Positions 1-9,536 of a stretch of DNA of 64,000 nt are shown piece after piece. A program made the translations under genes and the position numbers. Origin of the DNA: Chromatiales bacterium (GTDB taxonomy: Bacteria; Pseudomonadota; Gammaproteobacteria; SZUA-152); contig JALSGT010000036.1 of NCBI GenBank assembly GCA_026982555.1, positions 13,854-77,853 on the forward strand, read 5' to 3'. Within the stretch, counting starts at the first letter, position 1. Each line of letters begins with the position of its first letter. The notes under the pieces were generated by a model. That model was not told the origin of the DNA. It did no database searches and saw only the letters and a list, made by a program, of their open reading frames with translations.

Positions 1-330
1 AATTTTGATTGTTAGCCTCCGTTGGGCACAGAAACCACCTGTTAGGCCTCGTAAAACCACAACAGCCTACGAACAAACGAGTACGCAGTATCGCTTTCCA
101 ATAAAGAGCATCTGACTTGCATCCAAGGGCCAGATTACCGGGTATTGAGAAAACGGCGAAAGTGGAAAATAAGGCTCCCCTGGGTTCTGAGGGATGGAAA
201 AAAGGTTATCGAGCGAAAGGAATTGTGAAGTGGCTCCCTACAGCTGGTCAACCTGAGGCGAAGTTAAGCTCTGAGGGTTTAGTTTCCCGCAGCAAGCTGC
301 GGGGTGGTTTAATCCCGCAATCATGAAAAA

Positions 331-1860
331 GTGATCTTTGGGTTTGTGGGTGGTTTTAATCAACATCTGGTGGAGCGCGCAGGGTTCAAGTACATTTACT
401 CTATGAGTCTCCCTGCCCTCCACTCCCGTTATAGTCGCCTGCAATCCGAGCATGCTGCCTGGCGTCTGCTGCGGGCCGCTAACGCACCTTTGATTATGGC
501 GTTTATCACAGAGCTGTTTCGGGAAGAGAGTGAAATCCCCTTCGGGCGTGCGCGGGTCATGCTGCAATCTGAGTTGGATCGCCTGGCGGACGATGGGCGG
601 GAGGTGGAAAAAGGAGCGGGTACCTATCTGCGTGAATGGATTCAGGCTGGCTGGTTGCGTGAACTGGATGATCAGCTGACCGGTACCGATGCCTGTGATG
701 TGGCTTTGCGTTTTTGCCAGAATTTGGAACAGCGTGAGGTGAATGCCTCCGCCTCCCATCTGCGTATTGTGCAGGATGCAGTGACTCAGCTTGCCGTCGA
801 TTTAAGCCCTAATCCTCAAGAACGCATTACGCTGCTGGAGCATAAAAAAGCAGCTTTGCAGCGTGAAATCGATCAGTTAATGGCCGGTGTGGTACATGAG
901 CTTTCCGATGCTGAACAGCGGGAGCGTATTCGGGAGGTGTATCAATTGGCATCGGTATTGACCGGTGATTTTCGTCGTGTTGAGGATGATATTCGCGGCC
1001 TTGATCAGAGCCTTAGGGTACAGATGATCGAGTCCGGTGGTAGCCGGGGTGATGTCATCCTGGCGCTGATTGAGCAAGAGCAGATGTTGGCTGATTCGGA
1101 CGCCGGGCGGGCATTTGATAGCTTCTTTCAGTTATTGTGTGATCAACATCGCAGTGTGGAGTTCCGCGAGCAGTTGCGTTCGATATTAGGCCGGCCGGCT
1201 GCGGAACACCTTTCGATGGAGGAGTCGCGCTTCCTTGGCTATTTGGTGCGTGAGTTGACGCGGGAGAGTCAGCGTGTCTTTCAGGTGCGTCGGCGTACGG
1301 AAGAGAGCCTAAGGTCTTACATTGAAAGTGGGGCTCATAGGGAAAACCTCGCGGTGGAGAATCTGTTGCGTCAGTTAGAGCAGATCGCGGTTCGATTCAA
1401 TGAAAGTGATCTGTCACTCGACAGAGCGATTTCTTTGGCGCTGACGAGTGGCAATGTAAAAGTAGGCTCTATCGATAGTATGCGTTTACGGGTGCCTGAA
1501 GAGCAGTTGGATATTCACAATATTCAGGCGCAGGAAAACAGTTCAAACCCGAGTAGCGCGATGCTGGATTGTTTGGAGAGTGTTCAAGTTATTGAAGTTG
1601 CAACACGGATGCGCGATACCTTGCATGACAATGGCTCGATGACGGTGGGTTGTATGATTCAGCAACACGCGGTTGAGGCGGGGCTGGAAGAGTTGGTGGC
1701 CTATTTGCGGGTGGCAAAAAATGTGGGGGCTGCGCTGCTGGAAGAGAAAGAACAAGTGACGATTAAGGATCGAACCGGAACCCATATTCGGGCGGCCATC
1801 CCTTGTTACCAGTTAAGTGCCAAGATGTTCCCGGAAGATATTAGCGAGGTGGTGGTATGA
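331..1860 (+). CDS. jetA: Wadjet JetA (MksF-like kleisin, DUF3375 family)
   Basis: 509 aa ORF, first of four ORFs whose stop/start codons overlap (ATGA at 1857-1860). The sizes 509/254/1120/390 aa match the canonical JetABCD order. It sits upstream of an SMC-like ATPase. The true start may be the internal Met at 403 (MSLPALHS...). Confidence 0.75.
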   Translation: MIFGFVGGFNQHLVERAGFKYIYSMSLPALHSRYSRLQSEHAAWRLLRAANAPLIMAFITELFREESEIPFGRARVMLQSELDRLADDGREVEKGAGTYLREWIQAGWLRELDDQLTGTDACDVALRFCQNLEQREVNASASHLRIVQDAVTQLAVDLSPNPQERITLLEHKKAALQREIDQLMAGVVHELSDAEQRERIREVYQLASVLTGDFRRVEDDIRGLDQSLRVQMIESGGSRGDVILALIEQEQMLADSDAGRAFDSFFQLLCDQHRSVEFREQLRSILGRPAAEHLSMEESRFLGYLVRELTRESQRVFQVRRRTEESLRSYIESGAHRENLAVENLLRQLEQIAVRFNESDLSLDRAISLALTSGNVKVGSIDSMRLRVPEEQLDIHNIQAQENSSNPSSAMLDCLESVQVIEVATRMRDTLHDNGSMTVGCMIQQHAVEAGLEELVAYLRVAKNVGAALLEEKEQVTIKDRTGTHIRAAIPCYQLSAKMFPEDISEVVV

Positions 1861-2621
1861 GCGATCTTCCAGACACTGAGCCGAGTTTTTTTGATCGATT
1901 GGCTGCAACAACTGGAGAGCAGCAGAGCGAACCCGTTTCTGAAGCAGGTGATGTGGAAGAGACCGCAGCGGATGAATCCCTGTTGCCAGATGGTGTTGAT
2001 GATAACTCTGCGAGCGCTGCTTCAGGTAAAGGCCGTTTTTCTCCGGAGCTTCGCCGCGCCCTGGTTGAGCTAATGCGCAGCGGTGTGGTGTTGGCCAGTG
2101 TTAAGCCGCAGATATACGAATTGTTGTGTCACCACCACGCCTTGATCGAAGATCATCTGGCTGATATGTATCTGCGTCTGCTGATAGATCAACCTGCAGG
2201 CGTGGCGCTTCTGCTTCAACAACAGGATCAAGTGGACTTCGAGGATGAAGAAGAGCGCTCGGCGCTGATCAGTCGCAGGACGCTCTCTCTGTACGATACC
2301 TTGCTGTTGCTGGTGTTAAGAAAGCACTATCAGGAACGTCAAAGTGTCGGTGAGCAACAGGTGATTATCGATATTGATCGCATCGAATCCCAGCTTGCTC
2401 CTTTTCTACCCCTGACCAATAGCAGTCGCAGTGACCGCCGTAAGTTGAGCGGTGCAATTACCAAGATGAAAGAGAAAAAACTGTTGAGTCCGGTAAGAGG
2501 TGATGAGGAGCGCCTGGAGATTACGCCGGTGATTCGTTATGTGGTGAGTGCCGAGTTTTTGGAGCGGATGCTGGCGGAGTACCAGTCACTAGTGGGCGAA
2601 TTTGAGGCTGAGGCATCGTGA
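1857..2621 (+). CDS. jetB: Wadjet JetB (MksE-like, DUF4194 family)
   Basis: 254 aa acidic protein. Translationally coupled to jetA (overlap 1857-1860) and to jetC (overlap 2618-2621). Its position and size fit JetB. Confidence 0.75.
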   Translation: MSDLPDTEPSFFDRLAATTGEQQSEPVSEAGDVEETAADESLLPDGVDDNSASAASGKGRFSPELRRALVELMRSGVVLASVKPQIYELLCHHHALIEDHLADMYLRLLIDQPAGVALLLQQQDQVDFEDEEERSALISRRTLSLYDTLLLLVLRKHYQERQSVGEQQVIIDIDRIESQLAPFLPLTNSSRSDRRKLSGAITKMKEKKLLSPVRGDEERLEITPVIRYVVSAEFLERMLAEYQSLVGEFEAEAS

Positions 2622-5600
2622 GTAACACGACCTCTGAGCTTTTCAGTTGTGGTCAGATTCGGCTGGCGGAACTATCCGTTTGTAATTGGGGCTCGTTTCA
2701 TGGGCTACATACTGCGCGTATCGACCCTGAAGGTACGCTCATTACCGGCGATAACGGCGCAGGCAAATCGACGGTGATTGATGGCCTGATGGCACTGCTG
2801 TTAAGCAACAAGGCCTCTTTCAATATGGCGGCCGCTCAAGGTGATCGTAGTGATCGTTCCCTTGTCTCTTATATTCGCGGTAGTCACGGTTCAAGCCATG
2901 ATGGTGCCCAGACAAAAACCAACTACAAGCGTGAGGGTGCCGTGGTTACCGGGCTGCGCGCCCTGTATCAGGCCGACGATGGTTCCGTGGTTACTCTGGC
3001 CGCCATGTTCTGGAATACCAAGCCTACCAGTGTGGCAGCTGACTTTAAGCGTATCTACCTCGTGGCAAAGCGCAATCTGAGTCTGGAGGAGCTGTTAAAG
3101 GCATTTGGCGAGGGAGAAGCCAGACAGCTAAAAAAGGTACTGCGTGATGACCCTTTAATCGCACCATTTGAGTCATTCAATGACTATCAGGCTTATTATC
3201 GTGTTTGCCTGTACATGGATAACCGCAATGCGCCTAATTTGCTCTCACGGGCATTGGGGTTAAAGAAAATTGATGACTTGACCACGTTGATTCGTGATCT
3301 TGTGCTTGAACCCAATACTATTCGTGAAGATGCACGAAATACCGTACGTGAGTTTGATGATTTGGTGGCGACGCATCACCAATTACTGGATGCGCGCAGT
3401 CAGCATGAAAAACTCAGTGGCCTGCCTGAAATTGAAAATACGCTGAATGAGTGCCAGCGACAAATTGAATCGTTGAGCGCAGAGCGTGATGGACTTGCTA
3501 TCTATTTTGGCGAGATTTGTGCCGATTTATGGCAGCAACGGATGGCGCAAATTGAGCATGAATTGGCCGCTGTTCGTCAGAAACTGACTGAGCTGCGTCG
3601 CCAGGAAGGTGATGCAACAGAGCAGGTGGAGCAGCGCCATGCGGATTATGTCCAGGCGGGTGGTGACCGGGTCGAAGCGGCTAAGGATAAATTGGCGCAG
3701 ACGAAACGCCGCTTGGGTGAGGTGAGTGCGGTTGCCGGGCAGTATCAAAAAGAGGTTGTCGAGGCGGGCTTGGATAATAGTCTCTCCGAGACAATGTTTA
3801 ATGCTAATAAACAGCATATCGCAGCCGCCCTGGAAAATATCGGTGAGGAGAACGAAAAAGCGCAGGATGGCTTTGCCGATGCCGCGAACAAGCTGGCAAA
3901 TCAACAGGACAAACTCCGCCGCTTGCAACAGGAAATTCGTGAGATTGCATCCAATCCCGATTCAAGTATTGATCCCCCTTTTCTGGCACTGCGCAGTGAA
4001 ATTCTTAAGTATCTTGAGCTCGATAAAAATCAGTTGATGTTTATCGGCGAACTGGTGGACGTTAAACCAGAACACCTTGCCTGGAAAGGAGCGATAGCAC
4101 GCGCTCTGGGTGGGCTGCGAACCACGCTGGCCGTACCGCAAGCACATTATCCACTGGTGACCCGCTGGCTCAATGGTCGGCACACCGGGCTGCATGTCCG
4201 TGTGCAGGTGGTAAAGGAGGTGTCAGGCCGTGCCCGGTTTTTCGATAATGGTTATCTCAGAAAGCTTGATTGGCGTGATCACGCCTACCGTGAGTGGTTG
4301 AAACACCATCTGGCGCGTTTTGACCTGCACTGCGTGGAGAACACCGGCACGCTGGATGCCACGCCTTTCTCCATGACAAAAGCGGGGTTAATTCATATGG
4401 AGAGAGGGCGCTTTGAGAAAAAAGACCAGACAAAAATTGACGATCAACGCCGTTGGCAACTGGGGTTTTCCAATAAAGACAAACTGGCTGTACTGCGTCA
4501 GGATGAAAAACATATTCAGCAATATATCGAAATGTGCGAGAAGAATGCACGTCTTGCCCGGCTGGATTTGAATACGGCTCAGGCGCGTGTTCGGCTTTGG
4601 GAGAAGCTTGAAACCTACCAGTGGGACGATATCGATGTGCCCCGTTGGCAGCGTCAGGTTGAACAGGCTCAGGCAGTGCTTGATAATTTAACCCGTTCTG
4701 GCAGTGATTTAGAAAAGGCACAGCAAGCATGGGATGAGGCAAAGGAGAAACTTAAAAAGATCCAGAGTGATAAAGGTGTCACACAAAAAGCGGAGGGGAC
4801 GATTGAAAACAGGCTGGCAGAAGCGCAGTTGCAACGGGAAAAGGCCAGCCGTGCCGCAGCGCCTGGGTTAGCCGATGAGGTTCGCGAAGCATTACAAAAA
4901 AGAGTGGCTAAACGGGATGCGCTGGATATTGATCACATGACCTCCGTTGAGCAGCAGTACCGGCGCGATATTGAGCGTAAATTAAGCCAGGTAAACAACA
5001 AGCATCAATCCGCGCAAAACCGTGCCACCGGTATTATGTCCTCATTCCGCACTGGATGGGAGGTGGTCGCCGCAGAGTGGGGGGCTGACATGAGAAGTCT
5101 GCCCCAGTACCTTGAGCATCTGTTGCAGCTTGAACAGGAAGGGTTGCCCGCATTGGTGGAACAGTTTCAGGTGCGTTTGACCAAGTGCGCCATGCAATCC
5201 CTGGCGGGGATACGTTCCAGTATGGATTCAGAGCGGGAAGAGATTAACGAGCGTATCGATACGATCAACCGGGTGCTAAAGCGCACCGAGTTTCGCCAGG
5301 GAAGCCATTTGAAACTTCGCACCAAGCGGGATAGCTACCCTCATGTGGATGAATTCAATCGCCAATTAACCCGTGTGCTGGGTAAACATCACGATGATGA
5401 TGAGGCGCGTTTTCAACAGCTAAAATCGGTAATTGAAATACTGGATAAAGCCAGCAACCCAGCAACGGCCAATACATTGGAGAGTCAGCGCTTGCTCGAC
5501 CCCCGCTTTCAGCTCTCCTTTTTTGCTGAAGAACTGGACTCCCAAAATGGTGACGTGCGGGATGTGTTGCATTCTTCCAGTGGTAAGTCTGGCGGAGAGA

Positions 5601-5980
5601 AAGAGTCGTTTGCTGGAACCATCGTGGCGGCAAGTCTGGCTTATGTGTTGACGCCGGATGGTTGCGACCACCCTGTCTATAGCACGGTATTTTTGGATGA
5701 GGCTTTCTCCAACACGGCGGAAGCGGTGAGCCGCCGGGTGTTGCGGGTGTTCAAGGAGCTAAAGATTCATGTCAACTTGATAACGCCCTATAAAAACCTT
5801 AATCTGGCTCGCGAGTCTGCCCGTTCACTATTAATTGCCGAGCGCAATAGCAGCACCCATGAGAGCCATCTCTGTGAAGTCACCTGGGAAGAGATTGATC
5901 GTCAATTAGCGCATCATCGCCAGAACAGGCTCAAGGGTGAGGCTCAAGCCATGGGCGTGGAGCTGGATGCCGCACTATGA
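2618..5980 (+). CDS. jetC: Wadjet JetC (MksB-like SMC-family ATPase)
   Basis: 1120 aa. N-terminal Walker A GDNGAGKST, long central coiled-coil region, C-terminal SMC-type signature SGGEKE and Walker B/D-loop VFLDEAF. Head, coiled-coil, head layout of condensin-like MukB/MksB proteins. Confidence 0.85.
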   Translation: MSNTTSELFSCGQIRLAELSVCNWGSFHGLHTARIDPEGTLITGDNGAGKSTVIDGLMALLLSNKASFNMAAAQGDRSDRSLVSYIRGSHGSSHDGAQTKTNYKREGAVVTGLRALYQADDGSVVTLAAMFWNTKPTSVAADFKRIYLVAKRNLSLEELLKAFGEGEARQLKKVLRDDPLIAPFESFNDYQAYYRVCLYMDNRNAPNLLSRALGLKKIDDLTTLIRDLVLEPNTIREDARNTVREFDDLVATHHQLLDARSQHEKLSGLPEIENTLNECQRQIESLSAERDGLAIYFGEICADLWQQRMAQIEHELAAVRQKLTELRRQEGDATEQVEQRHADYVQAGGDRVEAAKDKLAQTKRRLGEVSAVAGQYQKEVVEAGLDNSLSETMFNANKQHIAAALENIGEENEKAQDGFADAANKLANQQDKLRRLQQEIREIASNPDSSIDPPFLALRSEILKYLELDKNQLMFIGELVDVKPEHLAWKGAIARALGGLRTTLAVPQAHYPLVTRWLNGRHTGLHVRVQVVKEVSGRARFFDNGYLRKLDWRDHAYREWLKHHLARFDLHCVENTGTLDATPFSMTKAGLIHMERGRFEKKDQTKIDDQRRWQLGFSNKDKLAVLRQDEKHIQQYIEMCEKNARLARLDLNTAQARVRLWEKLETYQWDDIDVPRWQRQVEQAQAVLDNLTRSGSDLEKAQQAWDEAKEKLKKIQSDKGVTQKAEGTIENRLAEAQLQREKASRAAAPGLADEVREALQKRVAKRDALDIDHMTSVEQQYRRDIERKLSQVNNKHQSAQNRATGIMSSFRTGWEVVAAEWGADMRSLPQYLEHLLQLEQEGLPALVEQFQVRLTKCAMQSLAGIRSSMDSEREEINERIDTINRVLKRTEFRQGSHLKLRTKRDSYPHVDEFNRQLTRVLGKHHDDDEARFQQLKSVIEILDKASNPATANTLESQRLLDPRFQLSFFAEELDSQNGDVRDVLHSSSGKSGGEKESFAGTIVAASLAYVLTPDGCDHPVYSTVFLDEAFSNTAEAVSRRVLRVFKELKIHVNLITPYKNLNLARESARSLLIAERNSSTHESHLCEVTWEEIDRQLAHHRQNRLKGEAQAMGVELDAAL

Positions 5981-7149
5981 GAAATTGGGGCTTGTTGCCT
6001 GAAGAGGTGAGAAATAAGCTGAGAAAAACAGAGTGGGATCATACTCAGCATCTGAAAAAACGGCTTTTGGGCGAACGCCCGTTCCCCATCACTATCAATC
6101 TTCGCTATCCCACAGGCAAACAGGCGCTGGATGACCTGGCAGGGTTCCATGCTTTTATCGATGCCTGGCAGGCATGGCCAAAACAAAACCAACTGGTCTG
6201 GAAACAGATTCAATACCCTCAGTTGGGTGAAAAACGTGTGCCATCACAGCTCACCCTTGACGCAATCCAGGCGTTGATCGAATTCATCGGTGGTGATGCT
6301 GAAAAGCGCAGCCAGCAGTGGCAACAACGTATCTCCCCTATTTTGGATATCAGCCAAAAACTGTATCCCCCGCTGATTAAACAACTGAAAAAACTGGAAT
6401 CGTTGAGCCTGGACGAGGCCCAGATGATTGGCCAACTCTTGCCCCAATTATCTCAAGGAATGGGACAAGGTGGCTATCTGCGTGCCTTGCCGGTTATCGG
6501 TGTGGATACCAAGTTTATGGAGACCCATCAGTCATTCATTGCTCCGTTGCTGGATGTTTTGCATGATGGCGCAATCAGTGAGCATGGCGGCTTAATGGCA
6601 TGGCTGGGTTGTATTGACGTTCCTGGCGACTGGCTTTTGGTTAGACCGCTTTGCCCGGCCACAACACAGGCGATGGGTGGCCTCTCCATTTTGCGGATTC
6701 CTACCGGGATGTTGCTTTCAACCCCGTTACCTGGAGAGCGCCTTATCGTCGTGGAAAATGATCAATCGGGTTATGCTGTGCCAGCGTTGCCTGACACGGT
6801 TGCCGTCATTGGCGGTGGCCGGAATGTCGCCTGGATGGCGGCACCCTGGTTACGCCAAAAACAGGTTGGTTATTGGGGGGACCTGGATAGCTGGGGTTTT
6901 CTGTTTCTGTCACAAGCGAGACAACATCAGCCTCACGTTGAAAGCCTGCTGATGGATCGGGAGACGCTCTTAAGTCATCGCAAACGTATGGTGGAAGAGC
7001 CTGATTCTTATTCAGGCTTGCTGGCGTATCTGACTGAGACCGAGCGAATGGTGTTCCAGGAAATCAGGGATGGGACTCATGGCAATACCCGTTTGGAGCA
7101 AGAACGACTATCGGCTGATCACATATTGAACCGGCTCTTGTCTTGGTAA
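5977..7149 (+). CDS. jetD: Wadjet JetD (MksG-like, DUF3322 N-domain plus Toprim-like nuclease C-domain)
   Basis: 390 aa, overlaps the jetC stop (5977-5980). C-terminal half carries a Toprim-like acidic pattern, VVENDQSG ... YWGDLDSWG (E ... DxD), as in the JetD/MksG DNA-cleaving subunit. Confidence 0.8.
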   Translation: MRNWGLLPEEVRNKLRKTEWDHTQHLKKRLLGERPFPITINLRYPTGKQALDDLAGFHAFIDAWQAWPKQNQLVWKQIQYPQLGEKRVPSQLTLDAIQALIEFIGGDAEKRSQQWQQRISPILDISQKLYPPLIKQLKKLESLSLDEAQMIGQLLPQLSQGMGQGGYLRALPVIGVDTKFMETHQSFIAPLLDVLHDGAISEHGGLMAWLGCIDVPGDWLLVRPLCPATTQAMGGLSILRIPTGMLLSTPLPGERLIVVENDQSGYAVPALPDTVAVIGGGRNVAWMAAPWLRQKQVGYWGDLDSWGFLFLSQARQHQPHVESLLMDRETLLSHRKRMVEEPDSYSGLLAYLTETERMVFQEIRDGTHGNTRLEQERLSADHILNRLLSW

Positions 7150-7315
7150 GATAATCCCCGCCTGAATGAGGAAGACGCGAGCGATCAACATTTGTCTTCA
7201 TTTAGAGAACACACCTATTTCAGATCCCTGTGGCTTACTGTGAGAAGCTGTATTCTGTGCAAACCTGAAACCCGGCACGTAATTAACAAAACAATATGGA
7301 ATAACAGAACTAAAA

Positions 7316-9028
7316 ATGAATCCGCCTCCATCCAGACTATCAGTACGCCAGCATGACTTTATACTGTTTGCCATCATGGGCATTTTGGCGGGCTGTGGGC
7401 TTATTTACGAATATTTACTGTCACATTATGCCGGGCGTATTTTAGGCGCGGTTGAGCAGGTTATTTTCGCTATGATTGGCGTGATGATTGTGGCAATGGG
7501 TTTGGGTGCTTTTGCTGCGCGTATTTTTAAATCCTATTTCAATGCTTTTGTCTGGCTGGAAGTTGGCATTGCCTTCATTGGGGTCAGCTCGGTATTGGTG
7601 CTGGCGGCGATAACAGCAATGGCAAATATACTGCCGCAAATTCTGATGGAAACATTCTTATTGCCACCTGATTTAATTCCCCGTGGCGGCATGATTCTTT
7701 GGGCGCACAAGACTGCCGCCATCATGCCCTATGTGATGGGTTTTATTTTGGGCTTTTTTATTGGCATGGAAATCCCGTTAATTGCCAGCATCCGGGAAAC
7801 TATTTATGGGGAACATGTCAAACATAACGCAGGCTCGGTCTATGGTGCGGATTACATTGGCGCAGGTATAGGCGCAGCCATTTGGGTTCTGTTTATGCTG
7901 GGCTTGCCGCCTACCACCGCTGCGGTGATCACTGCCAGCGTCAACTTGGTGATCGGCCTGCTGTTTTACAGCGTATATCGAAAGCGAATTCGTTTAAAGG
8001 TATGGGTCATCAGTGCGCACTTTCTGGTGGGCGGGGTTGTGGCGTTGATTGCACTGAATGGCATCGACTGGGACAATGCCATGGAGGATCTGCTTTACAA
8101 GGATAAAGTCATTTTCAGTTATAACACCCAATATCAGCATATCACTATTACCGAACGCATAATGGATCCGGCCAAACCCAAAATTGTGTCCATGTTTATT
8201 AACGGTCGCTCCCAATTTGCCAGTAACGATGAAATTATTTACCACGCAATGTTAGTCGCGCCGGTCATGCATGCAGCTGCCCGCCACAACAACATTTTAA
8301 TTATTGGTGGCGGGGATGGTCTTGCGCTACGGGATGTATTGCGCTGGCAGCCACAATCGGTTGATCTTATCGATATTGATGCCGCCGTTGTTGAATTTTT
8401 CACCACGCCGCGTGTGGTCAAGGGCGAGACCATTAATCAGGCATTGTTGGATTTAAACCAACATGCGTTCAATGACCCACGGGTGCAAACCCATTTTGGT
8501 GATGCCTTTCTGAAAGTGGATGAGCTTATTCAGCAGCAACGTTTGTATGATGCCATCATTGTGGACTTGCCTGACCCCAGTCATCCGGATCTGAATAAAT
8601 TATACTCTGCCCGCTTTTACGCCAAGCTTAAAACATTATTGACGGGAGATGGTGCTATGGTGGTGCAATCCACTTCACCGTATCATGCCAAAAATACCTT
8701 CCTGTCTATTGGCAAAACGGTGAAATACGCGGGCTTCATGCATGTGGAACAATATCATCATAACGTGCCCAGTTTTGGTGAGTGGGGGTGGACTATCGCC
8801 ACTAAAAATGGCGTCTCTGCCAAGGCCAGGCTGGCGCAAAAAGAGGGTCTGGAGGTGAATGATGGCTGGTCCACTCAAGGTGTTTTATTGGCGGCATTTG
8901 AGTTTAACCGGCATTTTTTTGATCCGCTGAAGAACATAAAAGTGAATAGAATCAATAACCAGGTGGCTTATCAGTACCACAAAGCCGATTGGGAAAAACA
9001 GCAAGGTATCTATGTAATTGAAAAGTAA
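7316..9028 (+). CDS. Polyamine aminopropyltransferase (spermidine synthase-like) fused to an N-terminal polytopic membrane domain
   Basis: 570 aa. Residues ~1-230 are strongly hydrophobic with about 7 predicted TM helices. The C-terminal half has spermidine-synthase/SAM-MTase motifs ILIIGGGDGLALRDVL ... DLIDIDAAVV ... FGDAFL ... YDAIIVDLPDP. Confidence 0.8.
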   Translation: MNPPPSRLSVRQHDFILFAIMGILAGCGLIYEYLLSHYAGRILGAVEQVIFAMIGVMIVAMGLGAFAARIFKSYFNAFVWLEVGIAFIGVSSVLVLAAITAMANILPQILMETFLLPPDLIPRGGMILWAHKTAAIMPYVMGFILGFFIGMEIPLIASIRETIYGEHVKHNAGSVYGADYIGAGIGAAIWVLFMLGLPPTTAAVITASVNLVIGLLFYSVYRKRIRLKVWVISAHFLVGGVVALIALNGIDWDNAMEDLLYKDKVIFSYNTQYQHITITERIMDPAKPKIVSMFINGRSQFASNDEIIYHAMLVAPVMHAAARHNNILIIGGGDGLALRDVLRWQPQSVDLIDIDAAVVEFFTTPRVVKGETINQALLDLNQHAFNDPRVQTHFGDAFLKVDELIQQQRLYDAIIVDLPDPSHPDLNKLYSARFYAKLKTLLTGDGAMVVQSTSPYHAKNTFLSIGKTVKYAGFMHVEQYHHNVPSFGEWGWTIATKNGVSAKARLAQKEGLEVNDGWSTQGVLLAAFEFNRHFFDPLKNIKVNRINNQVAYQYHKADWEKQQGIYVIEK

Positions 9029-9051
9029 TTGAGAAGTGGCTGAAAAATGAT

Positions 9052-9084
9052 TGACATAATATGTCGCTGGGACATATTATGTCC
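9052..9084. promoter_or_regulatory. Tandem palindromic operator-like sites upstream of the yjfI-like gene
   Basis: tGACATAATATGTC gctgg GACATATTATGTCc: two 13 bp near-perfect palindromes that are reverse complements of each other, separated by 5 bp. They lie 25-55 bp upstream of the ATG at 9108. Confidence 0.5.
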
Positions 9085-9107
9085 TACCCTTGAATACCGG
9101 AGGAAAT

Positions 9108-9533
9108 ATGAGCACTGAAAAGTTAGAACAATTGATGAAAGGTTTGACGGACAATCAAACATCCCATGGCGTCAGCCTGTCGGTTGAAATGTTTGATGCC
9201 GACGATAAAGTGGCCTGCATCAAACTGGAAGACCGGGAAGAGTTCCCTATCTATATGACCGCTGATGAAGGACAGATACTGTGCATCAGTTATTTGTTTG
9301 GAGACGAGCAGGTTGATCCAGACAAACGGGCCGCCATGGTGGAAGCCATGTTAATGATGAATGTATCGATTCCATTATCGGCATTTTCGAAAATTGGTGA
9401 TCAATACATCATGTTTGGTGCGCTGTCGCCCAAAGCCAGTATTGACGAGTTATTACACGAAATAGAACTGCTCAGTGACAATGTATTAGAAGCCATTGAA
9501 GCAGTATCAGATTATTTAAAGGAGGCTGCGTAA
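9108..9533 (+). CDS. YjfI-like protein (DUF2170)
   Basis: About 141 aa starting at the ATG at 9108, preceded by a GGAGGA Shine-Dalgarno; the ORF track begins at TTG 9090. Sequence type matches the first gene of the E. coli yjfIJKLM PspA-like cluster. It lies immediately upstream of a PspA-family gene with a 3 bp gap. Confidence 0.6.
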   Translation: MSTEKLEQLMKGLTDNQTSHGVSLSVEMFDADDKVACIKLEDREEFPIYMTADEGQILCISYLFGDEQVDPDKRAAMVEAMLMMNVSIPLSAFSKIGDQYIMFGALSPKASIDELLHEIELLSDNVLEAIEAVSDYLKEAA

Positions 9534-9536
9534 GCC

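Noticed and set aside
1-330. Possible tRNA/tmRNA integration site at the left edge of the Wadjet operon
   Set aside because: No cloverleaf-compatible sequence, no GGTTCGAATCC-type T-arm and no CCA end found by eye. Left as an unexplained structured region instead.
238-759. 173-aa minus-strand ORF overlapping the jetA start
   Set aside because: Antisense to a well-supported gene start. The protein has no motifs, and overlap with the coupled jetA operon makes it an ORF-track artefact.
2841-5671. Multiple 60-160 aa ORFs on both strands inside jetC
   Set aside because: All lie within the 1120-aa SMC-like gene, whose Walker A/B and signature motifs are intact. They are alternative-frame noise.
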